From Candidatus Omnitrophota bacterium (GTDB lineage Bacteria > Omnitrophota > Gorgyraeia > Duberdicusellales > 4484-171), in NCBI GenBank assembly GCA_020343695.1, contig CP070807.1, forward strand, positions 1 through 37,655: a stretch of 37,655 nucleotides of DNA, written 5' to 3'. Both the position numbers and the translations under genes were made by a program. The notes under the pieces are model-generated. The model did no database searches, had not been told where the DNA came from, and saw only the letters and a program-made list of their open reading frames with translations. Positions 1 through 8,286 of this stretch are shown here, one piece after another (position 1 is the first letter of the stretch; each line of letters opens with the position of its first letter).

Positions 1-115
1 AGGGACAAAGGGCCTTAAGGTTTCTGCCTGTTCTCTTAAGAGGGATGTAGCTAGAGATTAACTCAGCGATATCAGTCCGTGTCTGAACCTCTTCTATAAA
101 TGTTTGAGGAATCAT
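1..115 (-). CDS. dnaG: DNA primase DnaG, N-terminal fragment (gene runs off the left edge)
   Basis: Minus-strand ATG at 115-113 opens MIPQTFIEEVQTRTDIAELISSYIPLKRTGRNLKALCP. This is the canonical primase N-terminus leading into the CPFH zinc ribbon. It is absent from the ORF track because the window edge truncates it. Confidence 0.65.
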   Translation of the reverse strand, partial: MIPQTFIEEVQTRTDIAELISSYIPLKRTGRNLKALCP

Positions 116-157
116 CTTCTATAAATTCTATAAAAGCAGCGAAAAACAGATAGTTCT

Positions 158-1120
158 TTACTTGCTTTTATGTGTGAATCGCCTGAATCCTGAGAATTCA
201 TAGATCGTAAACTTCTCTTTCTTTTCCAAATGGTCGAGCATGAGATTAACTCCCAAAGTATCTGAAGCAATATGAGAAGCAAAAATGATATTGATGTGCG
301 CTTTTTTACATTTCTTAAAATGCTCTTCAGATTGGTGCATGGCCACGATCGTATCGATTCCCGAAGAGGCGAGTTCATCATAGATGCCTTGAGGACCCTC
401 TGTTCCTCCTGTAAATTCGATATGGATTTTCCGACATCGAGAGGATTTATTCCCAATCACTATCTTAGGTGGATTATTATTCTGAGCTGCATCTTTATAC
501 TCAGGGATACCATAAAGAATATCTACAATTTTTCCCAGCGATGAGGGCTTCTCTCTATCCAACATTCTTCTCATAAACTGGTAGGCGAGATTATCACAAG
601 GAGTATGGATACATAAAAGATTTATTTTGAGCCACCGTGCAATATCGATAGGCCGCAGGTGATTGGCCGCATTTACTTTTCGGGCCACCTCTGCCTTTCG
701 CTGTTCTAACAAACTCTCGGAACAGCTCAAACTCACTCCTTCTTTCGCAAATACATCAACCTGCAAATCCATCACTTCATAAAAATTCGCATATGCTCGA
801 CCTTGAGGGTGATGAGAAATTACCAAATCAATCTTCGAGCCTCGCTCTTTTAACTTATCTACGAGCAGAAGCTCTTGCCCATCAACGTCAATGCCCACAA
901 ACATTGACTTTACATTACTCTCTGGGTTTCCCGCTACAATACGCGTATCGGAGAAAGGATTAAATAACACATCGACATCGAAAAGTTCTTTCTCTTTAGG
1001 GCTCAACTTCTCATATACTGCTCTTTTCTTTTTTAGAATTTGAGCGATTTGCGACTGCGGGCGTATATCTGCTTCAACGCCTTTTTTTACGGATTCTTGA
1101 TAGAGATTCTTTAGCTTCAT
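158..1120 (-). CDS. Nif3/YbgI-family dinuclear metal centre protein
   Basis: 320-aa ORF. Motif layout parallels YbgI/Nif3: DLVISHHP, INLLCIHTPCDN, FTGGTEG, IVAMHQSEEH, ASHIASDTLG. Family call is from recalled motif order only. Confidence 0.55.
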   Translation of the reverse strand: MKLKNLYQESVKKGVEADIRPQSQIAQILKKKRAVYEKLSPKEKELFDVDVLFNPFSDTRIVAGNPESNVKSMFVGIDVDGQELLLVDKLKERGSKIDLVISHHPQGRAYANFYEVMDLQVDVFAKEGVSLSCSESLLEQRKAEVARKVNAANHLRPIDIARWLKINLLCIHTPCDNLAYQFMRRMLDREKPSSLGKIVDILYGIPEYKDAAQNNNPPKIVIGNKSSRCRKIHIEFTGGTEGPQGIYDELASSGIDTIVAMHQSEEHFKKCKKAHINIIFASHIASDTLGVNLMLDHLEKKEKFTIYEFSGFRRFTHKSK

Positions 1121-1691
1121 AATATTTCTTTACCTCCTTGTTTGTTACAATAGCGGGTTCAAACTTATTATAAAAACTCATCCCTGTAAGATACATTTTA
1201 GGAGCGATATTTTTAAACAATTTGAATGATATACTCTTTTCGAAGTGCTCTGGATTCAGGGGAGACAAATAGAGAAAAAAAATCATTGCGCTGGAGAAGA
1301 ACGCATATCTCAATATACCTACACAAAGAGAGACCCGCCTCTCCTGCAATGATATCTCTTTCTTGTGCACAAGAAAGGCAACCATCCTTCTCAAGAGAGA
1401 AAAAATACCTACTATTCCTATAAAGATTAACAGAAAAGATATAGCATCAAGATAGGCCTTATTTAAGATAATAACTTTTTTATTTATCTGTTCGGCCAAA
1501 GAAGGATAGTATTGAAAAGCAAAAAATGAACCAATGGATATGCCTAAGGTCTTAAATATCTCTGCAGTAACACCTTTTGATACAGCGATATAACCTATTC
1601 GTAGTACGAGAAGAAGAAAGAGAAAATCTATAAGACCTACCCTCTTAATAGCTTCCATTAGTTTAATTTGATTAGTATATAACATATTCAT
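1074..1691 (-). CDS. CvpA-family membrane protein
   Basis: 205-aa ORF with about 4 hydrophobic helices. The N-terminus GLIDFLFLLLVLRIGYIAVSKGV..EIFK is typical of the CvpA/colicin V production family, followed by a basic tail. A 47-nt overlap with the downstream ORF makes the boundaries uncertain. Confidence 0.5.
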   Translation of the reverse strand: MNMLYTNQIKLMEAIKRVGLIDFLFLLLVLRIGYIAVSKGVTAEIFKTLGISIGSFFAFQYYPSLAEQINKKVIILNKAYLDAISFLLIFIGIVGIFSLLRRMVAFLVHKKEISLQERRVSLCVGILRYAFFSSAMIFFLYLSPLNPEHFEKSISFKLFKNIAPKMYLTGMSFYNKFEPAIVTNKEVKKYYEAKESLSRIRKKRR

Positions 1692-1838
1692 AATGAAATG
1701 TCAAGAAAACGTTTACAGAAAAACAGGCCCTCCAGAACCCCCTGATGAGCCAATACAGACACAGAGGGTGTGCGCAGAAACACACCCAAAAGAGGGGATT
1801 CGTGTGCTTGTTATCTGCGTTCAGAAGGCGAAAATGTA

Positions 1839-1867
1839 TTGATTTTTCACTATCTTTATGATAATTT
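1839..1867 (+). promoter_or_regulatory. sigma70-like promoter of the nfeD-stomatin operon (TTGATT-17-TGaTAATTT)
   Basis: -35 TTGATT at 1839-1844, a 17-nt spacer ending in TG, and -10 TAATTT at 1862-1867. The ATG at 1873 lies only 6 nt after the -10 and has no Shine-Dalgarno. Confidence 0.4.
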
Positions 1868-1872
1868 AAAGT

Positions 1873-3168
1873 ATGATGAAACCCCGAACTTTGGTATTTT
1901 TTGTCTCAATTATTGTCTGCCTCGGTCTACCTGCCAGTTTCGCCCAAACAAGAATAAAACTCCTAACCATCCAGGAAGATATTATAAATCCGGTAACTTC
2001 TGCCTACATTGAAAGGGGCTTGAAAGCAGCAGAAAACGACAATGCTCTTCTCATCATAAAAATGGATACCCCCGGGGGACTCCTTAAGTCTACAGAAAAA
2101 ATAGTAAAACATATTCTCAACTCCCCCATTCCTGTGGTAACGTACATATATCCAAGGGGAGGTAGAGCTGCCTCAGCAGGAGTATTCATTGGGTATGCCT
2201 CTCATATTCTCGCAATGAGTCCCTCTACCCACATTGGTGCTGCCCATCCTGTAATTGGAGGGGGCAGATGGGGTACGCTCGGTGAAGAAACAAAAAAGAA
2301 AATTGTAAATGATGCCACTGCCTGGGCAAAAAATATTTCTCATACACAAGGCCGGCCTTTCGCTTTCATAAAAGATGCCATCGAAAAAAGTATCTCTATT
2401 ACTGAAAAGGAAGCGATCAAGAGAGGGGTATGCGATCTCGTTGCGGACTCACTCGATGAACTCATTCAAAAAATGGATGGAAGAACCGTAACGACATCTA
2501 CAGGCAAAATAACAATTTCTACGAGAGAGTTTGCTCTCGAAGAAATAAATCTCACCCAGCGGGAAAAATTCTTGAATATTTTAATAGAACCTAACATTGC
2601 CTATTTACTCCTCACCCTGGGCTTTTTGGGATTAATCTTTGAAGTTACTCATCCCGGCTTCGGCTTCCCAGGAATCGCAGGAATTATTTGCCTTATTCTT
2701 GCTTTCTACGCATTCAGCGTCCTTCCCATTAATTATGCTGGGCTTACTTTAATCATCTTGGGCCTACTCTTCTTTGTCGTAGAAGCATTCACTCCAACGT
2801 TTGGAATGTTTACCTTAGGGGGAGTCATTGCTTTTATCTTTGGATCGGTGATGCTCTTTAATCAACGAGAAACAATCAAAGTTTCTTTTGCCGCGATTGT
2901 ACCTGTAGCGCTCTTCTTTTCTGCCTTGAGTATCTTTTTTATTACACGGACTGTCATGATGGCACGAAAGAAATCATTCACTGGTGCTGAGGGCCTCTTG
3001 GGTAAAGTTGGCATTGCCCAAACTGACATTGCAAGAACAGGCAAAGTATTCATCCACGGAGAGATATGGAATGCTACCGCACATGCGAAAATTAAAAAAG
3101 GGCAGGAGGTTATAGTAGAAAAAATTGAAGGGTTAAAATTGATTGTGCAAAAGAAGGAGGAAAAATGA
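1873..3168 (+). CDS. NfeD-family membrane-bound ClpP-class serine protease
   Basis: 431 aa. Signal peptide, then a ClpP-like domain ([18 protein letters not shown]), a block of TM helices, and a C-terminal NfeD OB domain ([12 protein letters not shown]). ATGA overlap with the downstream stomatin gene, which is the classic NfeD-SPFH pair. Confidence 0.85.
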   Translation: MMKPRTLVFFVSIIVCLGLPASFAQTRIKLLTIQEDIINPVTSAYIERGLKAAENDNALLIIKMDTPGGLLKSTEKIVKHILNSPIPVVTYIYPRGGRAASAGVFIGYASHILAMSPSTHIGAAHPVIGGGRWGTLGEETKKKIVNDATAWAKNISHTQGRPFAFIKDAIEKSISITEKEAIKRGVCDLVADSLDELIQKMDGRTVTTSTGKITISTREFALEEINLTQREKFLNILIEPNIAYLLLTLGFLGLIFEVTHPGFGFPGIAGIICLILAFYAFSVLPINYAGLTLIILGLLFFVVEAFTPTFGMFTLGGVIAFIFGSVMLFNQRETIKVSFAAIVPVALFFSALSIFFITRTVMMARKKSFTGAEGLLGKVGIAQTDIARTGKVFIHGEIWNATAHAKIKKGQEVIVEKIEGLKLIVQKKEEK

Positions 3169-3911
3169 TACTGAGATATTTACCGCTCCTAGTCGTGATG
3201 ATTTTCTTCTTCTCGCGATGGTTCCGGATTGTTATGGAGTACGAGAGTTTAGTCCTCTTTTGGTTGGGTAAACTACAATCAAAACCTAAAGGAGGCGGCC
3301 TTAGGATCGTCATCTGGCCTTTCGAGAGGGCAGTAAGGGTTGATTTAAGAACGGTGACGCTCGACGTTCCTCCCCAAGATATCATCACAAAAGATAACGT
3401 ATCAGTAAAATTAAACGCCGTAGTGTACTATCGCGTCATGGATCCTATCAAAGCTATCGTAGAGGTAGAGAATTATGAATTTGCTACCTCGCAAATTTCA
3501 CAGACTACTTTACGAAGTGTAGTCGGACAAGTAGAATTAGATGACCTTTTATCGAACCGCGAGAAAATAAATACCTCTCTACAGGAAATAATTGATAAGC
3601 AAACTGATCCATGGGGAATAAAGGTTTCCGTGGTGGAGATAAAACATGTGGATTTACCTGATGAGATGAGAAGAGCGATGGCTCGCCAGGCAGAAGCGGA
3701 ACGTGAGAGACGGGCAAAAGTCATCGCTGCAGCAGGAGAACAGCAAGCGGCAGGAAAACTAAAGGAGGCTGCTGAGACGATTGCAGCTCATCCAATGGCT
3801 TTACAGATGAGATACCTTCAGACCTTAGTGGAAATATCTTCGGATAAATCAGCAACGATAATCGTGCCTGTGCCAATTGATTTATTTAAAGTATTTATGG
3901 AGAAAAAGTAA
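3165..3911 (+). CDS. SPFH/band-7 (stomatin/slipin-like) protein
   Basis: 248 aa. N-terminal TM helix, band-7 core ([35 protein letters not shown]), and an Ala/Glu-rich coiled coil ([14 protein letters not shown]). Confidence 0.9.
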   Translation: MILRYLPLLVVMIFFFSRWFRIVMEYESLVLFWLGKLQSKPKGGGLRIVIWPFERAVRVDLRTVTLDVPPQDIITKDNVSVKLNAVVYYRVMDPIKAIVEVENYEFATSQISQTTLRSVVGQVELDDLLSNREKINTSLQEIIDKQTDPWGIKVSVVEIKHVDLPDEMRRAMARQAEAERERRAKVIAAAGEQQAAGKLKEAAETIAAHPMALQMRYLQTLVEISSDKSATIIVPVPIDLFKVFMEKK

Positions 3912-3942
3912 AGCGAAGTTCAGACTTATGGAGCCAAGCAAA

Positions 3943-3963
3943 CATAAGTTGTGCGCTCATTAA
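3943..3963 (+). repeat. 21-nt exact repeat CATAAGTTGTGCGCTCATTAA, copy 1
   Basis: Identical to the reverse complement of 28742-28762. It forms the 3' arm of the hairpin ACTTATG-N12-CATAAGT (3926-3951) and ends 2 nt before the ATG at 3966. Confidence 0.8.
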
Positions 3964-5090
3964 CGATGGAAGAAAAATTTGCGACTGCCCTCAGTGAAAG
4001 AGATGGTGAAGAGGCAATAAAGGAAATCTCTTTGAAAATAAAATCTGTATTTCCAACAGCCATACAGTATATTTTAGTCTTCTTCACCCATCACTATAAT
4101 CCGCTTAATGTCTTAAAAACGATAAACTTCACTCTGAGGCCAAGCATGATCATAGGAATTCAGACACCTTTTCTTGTTTTTGACGAGAGAATAATTGAAA
4201 AAGGAATCGGGGCATGCTGCCTGAATAAAAAAGGCATGGAGATAAAAGAAATTATTCTCAAGAGCGATGAACCACAGCGCATTGAGACATCTCTACATGC
4301 ATCATTCAAAAATGTGGCAGGAGAAAAAAAGTTCCTCTTTTCTTTTCTCACACATCACTTCAATCCTTCAAATTATATACGAGGCGTAGAGCTGGCCCTG
4401 GGCAAAACCTTTCCTCTTTTTGGAGGAGGGTATACACGACAACTTTCTTCCAGAAACTGCCAAGTGATAAGTACAACGGCAAAAGAAGGGATAATAAACA
4501 TTGTAGGGGCGGGGGCAGAGGTCACTACCCTCAAGATAGAGGGATTCGTACCGTTGGGAGAACCGTTGGTAATTAACCGCGTCATCAGTGAAAGCAATAT
4601 CATCATGGAGATAAACAACAAACCAGCAATAGATATTTATAAATATTTCCTTGAAGAAAAGTTTGAAATGTTCAAGAAACACTTCCTTTTTCCCCTCTAT
4701 CCCTTGGGCATAAAAGAAAATGGGACAATTCGCCTTCTCAATGTGACCGGTTACCTAGAAGATGGGTCCCTGGTATGTCTGGGAGAAGTGAAACAAGATT
4801 GCCAAGCGCACATTATGTTTCTTCACCCCCCTCATCTTTTTGCAACATTGGATAAACAAATAAAAGAAATCAAAAAAAAAGGGGGGGGAATTGTGTTGAT
4901 GATAAACTCACTTATACGAAAAAAGATGTTAAAAGACCGGGCTCAAGAAGAATTGCAATCAATAAAGAATGCGCTGGGAGAAGAATTCAAAATAATTGGA
5001 TTTTATTCTGATTACTCTATTTTTCCCAATGCTGAGACAAAAAAAATACATTGGGAAGCAGGTAATATTTTAATGACGGTGTGGAGATGA
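3951..5090 (+). CDS. putative sensory protein (FIST-like), first gene of the HK/RR cluster
   Basis: 379-aa soluble ORF that overlaps the downstream histidine kinase by 10 nt. Size and context fit FIST-domain proteins. Internal repeat of the motif FFTHHYNP / FLTHHFNP. The track start is GTG 3951; the ATG at 3966 is equally plausible. The FIST call is from memory and weak. Confidence 0.4.
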   Translation: MRSLTMEEKFATALSERDGEEAIKEISLKIKSVFPTAIQYILVFFTHHYNPLNVLKTINFTLRPSMIIGIQTPFLVFDERIIEKGIGACCLNKKGMEIKEIILKSDEPQRIETSLHASFKNVAGEKKFLFSFLTHHFNPSNYIRGVELALGKTFPLFGGGYTRQLSSRNCQVISTTAKEGIINIVGAGAEVTTLKIEGFVPLGEPLVINRVISESNIIMEINNKPAIDIYKYFLEEKFEMFKKHFLFPLYPLGIKENGTIRLLNVTGYLEDGSLVCLGEVKQDCQAHIMFLHPPHLFATLDKQIKEIKKKGGGIVLMINSLIRKKMLKDRAQEELQSIKNALGEEFKIIGFYSDYSIFPNAETKKIHWEAGNILMTVWR

Positions 5091-6562
5091 ATATCATAAA
5101 GTCTCTCATCTCTATGGATCCTCTTATTGGGACAGTTGCTTTGCTTCTGCTCGGAATTTTCTTTCTTGCAATCTACACGCTCACAAAAGTAAAAACCATT
5201 GCGATATTGAAGAAAAGCATAAATTATCTCAATCAAACGATCCAAGAATTAGACCACGAAGCAAAATTGATTATCAAAAGCGATGTGGAGTTAAAGCTCT
5301 ACCAAGAAGAGTCAGAAGATAAACTCAACAAACTCACTCTCCTTAAAAATCTTATTCTTTCCTCTCTGCGCATTTTGGACAAAGAACAACTTTTCGCGCA
5401 GATCAATGAAAAAATCATTAATGACTTGGGATTCAAGAGAGGCGCGATTATCAACCTGAATGATCAGGAGGTGAAATTAAATATTGGATTTCAAGAACAG
5501 GAAATGAAGCTCATCCAACGTGCATTTTTAGCCAAAAGGAATATACTGCAAACCACTCCTTTACTCTCTGCAGAACTCGAAACCTACAAAGAGCTAAGTT
5601 CCTCCCTACACCTCCAAGATTTTCTCATTGCTCCTGTTAAAGCACGAGAAAATGTTTATGCGATTTTTATCGTTACTGGACTTCTCATTCCAAGAGAAAT
5701 CAAACGTGCGGAGAAAGAAATATTTGCTATTATCTGCATGTATCTTGGGCAATGCTTAGATAACATCGACTTATTTGAAGAGCTCTATCGCGCCAAAGAC
5801 GATTTGGAGAAAAAGGTTAAGGAAAGAACAAATGAACTCGTCAAAAGCCTACGAGAAATTGAAACGATAAGTAAATTGAAGAGTGATTTTATCTCAAGTG
5901 TCTCCCATGAACTCAGAACACCTCTCACTTCTGTAAAAGGATTTTCGTCTCTCCTCGTAGAAGAAAAATTTGGAAAGTTACCACCTCAAGCCAAAGATCG
6001 ACTAGAAACAATCGATAAAAATGTAAATAAACTTGTTGATATGGTCAATATTCTCTTAGATATCTCACGTATTGAGTCAGGTAAAATTGAGGTAAAAATC
6101 TCCCCTTCCGACATAACCAAACTCATAAAAAGCGTGGTAGACTTCCTCTCTCCCCAAATACAATCAAGGCAACTAAAATTGGCTCTCGATGTTCCTGGGA
6201 GTTTAGCTGTCTATATGGACAAAGATCTCATCGAGAGAGTGCTTATCAATCTTATAAATAACGCAATCAAATTTACCCCTCCAGGCGGGATGATAACTGT
6301 AGGATGCAAGAAAGAAACTCGCAATGCGTTAATCTCTATCTCTGATACAGGGTGCGGAATAGAGAAAAACGATTTAGAAAAAGTATTTCAAGAATTCTTT
6401 CGCGTAGACAACCCTGTCAATCGGCAGCTCCAAGGAAGTGGATTAGGGCTCTCGCTGGTGAAGAGAATCATTGATACACACAAGGAAAAAATTTGGGTGG
6501 AGTCAGAAGCAGGCAAAGGAACGACGTTCCGCTTTACATTAAAGCTGAGTGAAAATGTATAG
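5081..6562 (+). CDS. sensor histidine kinase (TM + coiled-coil/GAF-like + HisKA + HATPase_c)
   Basis: 493 aa. N-terminal TM helix, H-box SHELRTPLTS, N-box NLINNAIKFT, G-boxes DTGCGI and GSGLGLSLV. Ends with a TAG stop. Confidence 0.85.
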   Translation: MEMNIIKSLISMDPLIGTVALLLLGIFFLAIYTLTKVKTIAILKKSINYLNQTIQELDHEAKLIIKSDVELKLYQEESEDKLNKLTLLKNLILSSLRILDKEQLFAQINEKIINDLGFKRGAIINLNDQEVKLNIGFQEQEMKLIQRAFLAKRNILQTTPLLSAELETYKELSSSLHLQDFLIAPVKARENVYAIFIVTGLLIPREIKRAEKEIFAIICMYLGQCLDNIDLFEELYRAKDDLEKKVKERTNELVKSLREIETISKLKSDFISSVSHELRTPLTSVKGFSSLLVEEKFGKLPPQAKDRLETIDKNVNKLVDMVNILLDISRIESGKIEVKISPSDITKLIKSVVDFLSPQIQSRQLKLALDVPGSLAVYMDKDLIERVLINLINNAIKFTPPGGMITVGCKKETRNALISISDTGCGIEKNDLEKVFQEFFRVDNPVNRQLQGSGLGLSLVKRIIDTHKEKIWVESEAGKGTTFRFTLKLSENV

Positions 6563-7484
6563 ATTAAAGATCCTTGTTGTCGACGATGATCCTGACATAT
6601 TGGATCTTCTGGTCGCGACACTGGAAACTTCATTTGAAGTAGTGACCGCATCGACAGGAAAGCAGACGCTGGAGAGAATAAGAGAGACTTCTCCTAATCT
6701 TTTAGTATTAGACTATGCACTTCCGGATATGCAGGGTCCTGAAATTTGCGGAATTTTACGAAAGGATCCTCTCTTTTTACACCTTCCCATTCTTATGCTC
6801 ACCGGTAAAGGCGAGATTGAAAACAAGGTAAAAGGGCTGGAATCAGGAGCAGATGATTACATGTTAAAACCGTTCTCCCCTCAAGAACTTACTGCCCGTA
6901 TAAGAATGCTCATAAGAAGATCTGATGTCCATCTAGACGCCAATCCCCTCACTCGCCTGCCAGGAAATGTCTCTATCAATAAGGAACTTGAGGAAAAAAT
7001 AAAGAGCAATGAGAAATGTGCAGTTCTTTTCATTGATATTGATAACTTTAAAGCCCTCAATGACTACTATGGATTTGAGAGAGGAGATGAAATCATTAAA
7101 AAGACTGCCCACACAATACTGGCTGCTGTCCAAGAAAAAGGTGCTATGGTTGAGTTTATCGGTCATATCGGTGGAGATGACTTCGTTGTGATCACACCGC
7201 CTCAAAACGCTGAGAGCATTGCGAAGGAAATAATAGATCAATTTGATAAAGCTGCTCCTCAATTTTTTAATAGAGAGGATAGAATAAGAGGGTACATCGA
7301 AACGAAAGATAGAGAAGGTCAAATACACCAATTTAAAATCCCCACCATCTCTATTGGGATAATCACAAATTTATATCGAGAGTTTACCCATACAGCCCAC
7401 ATCAGCTCTCTGGGTGCAGAAGCAAAGGCTCTTGCGAAAAAATTCCCCGAGAGCAAATATATATTTGACCGACGAGCCATCTAA
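6549..7484 (+). CDS. response regulator with REC + GGDEF-type (GGDDF) domain
   Basis: 311 aa. REC domain (LVVDDD, LLVLDYALPD, MLKPF) followed by a nucleotidyl-cyclase palm (IDIDNFKALNDYYGF, GGDDFVV). 14-nt overlap with the kinase gene. Confidence 0.85.
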   Translation: MKMYRLKILVVDDDPDILDLLVATLETSFEVVTASTGKQTLERIRETSPNLLVLDYALPDMQGPEICGILRKDPLFLHLPILMLTGKGEIENKVKGLESGADDYMLKPFSPQELTARIRMLIRRSDVHLDANPLTRLPGNVSINKELEEKIKSNEKCAVLFIDIDNFKALNDYYGFERGDEIIKKTAHTILAAVQEKGAMVEFIGHIGGDDFVVITPPQNAESIAKEIIDQFDKAAPQFFNREDRIRGYIETKDREGQIHQFKIPTISIGIITNLYREFTHTAHISSLGAEAKALAKKFPESKYIFDRRAI

Positions 7485-7496
7485 ATAGAAATTCCA

Positions 7497-7525
7497 TTGC
7501 CAGAAAAATAATTCTATGATATAAC
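7497..7525 (+). promoter_or_regulatory. strong sigma70-like promoter (TTGCCA-17-TGaTATAAC)
   Basis: -35 TTGCCA at 7497-7502, a 17-nt spacer with TG at 7517-7518, and -10 TATAAC at 7520-7525. The same TATGATATAAC box recurs at 7738-7748, directly upstream of tRNA-Leu. Confidence 0.5.
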
Positions 7526-7531
7526 TATCAT

Positions 7532-7740
7532 CTTTGACAACCTTTGAGGGTTGCCCGTGATGTAAGCTAAACGCATTAAGGGTTCTTTTCTTCTGCGAAT
7601 CTTTCGGGGTGACCGCGAGCCGAGCTTAGCACCTTTGATAATCTTTTGAGGCGAGCATCAAGAGGGGCAGAGCCCCTATGAAAAGCCACAACTCCGACCA
7701 CTCTACAAAAAAGTTTAGGTGCCTGACAACCTAAATTTAT
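7532..7740 (+). ncRNA. candidate ~200-nt non-coding transcript (repeat element copy A), identity unknown
   Basis: Bounded by the promoter above and a weak AT-rich hairpin, TTTAGGT-N8-ACCTAAA (7714-7735), followed by TTTAT. Contains hairpins CAACC..GGGTTG and GGGGCAGAGCCCC. No credible ORF. Confidence 0.3.
7639..7686 (+). repeat. inverted-repeat core, copy A (partner 8013-8059)
   Basis: TAATCTTTTGAGGCGAGCATCAAGAGGGGCAGAGCCCCTATGAAAAGC matches the reverse complement of 8013-8059 at 41/48 positions with one gap. Confidence 0.8.
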
Positions 7741-7792
7741 GATATAACGCACTTACGACCCTGAGTTGGAAGTGCGAAGCACTGTGGCTTTT

Positions 7793-7876
7793 GCGCGGGT
7801 GGTGGAATGGCATACACGTACGTTTGAGGGGCGTATGGCGAAAGCCGTGCGGGTTCAAGTCCCGCCCCGCGCACCA
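7793..7876 (+). tRNA. tRNA-Leu (anticodon GAG), class II, CCA encoded
   Basis: Hand-folded cloverleaf: acceptor GCGCGGG/CCCGCGC, anticodon stem TACGT/GCGTA with loop TTGAGGG, long variable arm GGC-GAAA-GCC, T arm GCGGG-TTCAAGT-CCCGC, discriminator A, then CCA. Confidence 0.9.
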
Positions 7877-7942
7877 GCTCATCTCGCTCCGCTCGTTTCT
7901 ACGAAGGGGCGTTTACCTCTCAAACAAGTTGTTAATCCTCTT

Positions 7943-7975
7943 GCGTCCCACCTTGCGGTGGGACGCATCTTTTTA
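7943..7975 (+). terminator. Rho-independent terminator downstream of tRNA-Leu
   Basis: Perfect 10-bp GC-rich stem GCGTCCCACC-TTGC-GGTGGGACGC followed by ATCTTTTTAT. Confidence 0.75.
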
Positions 7976-8012
7976 TGGCTTCTTTTACCAAATCTTAGGG
8001 TGGTTCACATGA

Positions 8013-8059
8013 GCTTTCATAGGGACTCTGTCCCTTCTGATGTTCGGCTCAAAAGATTA
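8013..8059 (-). repeat. inverted-repeat core, copy B (partner 7639-7686)
   Basis: The reverse complement reads TAATCTTTTGAGCCGAACATCAGAAGGGACAGAGTCCCTATGAAAGC. Weaker, gapped similarity to copy A continues out to about 8200. Confidence 0.8.
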
Positions 8060-8247
8060 CCACAGAAGAGATATCGCCTCACGGTCATCCCTGTGGTACA
8101 TTCATAGAAGTTCTAACATGAAGCTTACCAAAAAGAAATTCACACTCCGCTCGTCAATCCCCGAAGAAAAGCTGAGAAGCCCTTTGAGGACAAGCGTGGT
8201 TTTCTTTCGATTCGACATCTGAATATCAAGAATGTTTGGCTTTTATG

Positions 8248-8276
8248 TTGTCTGAATTATATGCTGGGTGTATAAT
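8248..8276 (+). promoter_or_regulatory. sigma70-like promoter of the MBL-fold gene (TTGTCT-17-TATAAT)
   Basis: -35 at 8248-8253 and a perfect -10 TATAAT at 8271-8276. The ATG at 8287 follows 10 nt later with no Shine-Dalgarno. Confidence 0.4.
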
Positions 8277-8286
8277 ATGAAAACTT

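Noticed and set aside
112-544. ORFs 112-456 (minus) and 272-544 (plus)
   Set aside because: Both lie within or antisense to the well-supported Nif3-family gene (158-1120) and overlap the dnaG start. They are typical shadow ORFs. The same applies to the many 60-130-aa antisense ORFs listed inside atpA, atpD, pheT, trkH and thrS.
7678-7734. Mini-ORFs starting at the conserved TATGAAA of the repeat copies: 18 aa MKSHNSDHSTKKFRCLTT in copy A and 11 aa MKAHVNHPKIW in copy B
   Set aside because: Only the first four codons are similar, and the lengths and sequences diverge immediately. The putative SD is sequestered in the conserved GGGRC-AGA-GYCCC hairpin. The conservation pattern (a compensatory stem change) indicates RNA structure, not a peptide.
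7766-8222. ORFs 7766-8107, 7791-8012 and 8040-8222 as protein-coding genes
   Set aside because: They run through the tRNA-Leu gene, its terminator and the repeat element. They have no SD, and their composition looks like translated structured RNA (Arg/Pro/Leu-rich).
7485-8286. Integrated mobile element or genomic island at tRNA-Leu
   Set aside because: The inverted repeats enclose only the tRNA and its terminator (about 330 nt). There is no integrase, transposase or cargo gene, and no direct repeat of the tRNA 3' end. A MITE-like origin cannot be excluded without genome-wide copy counts.
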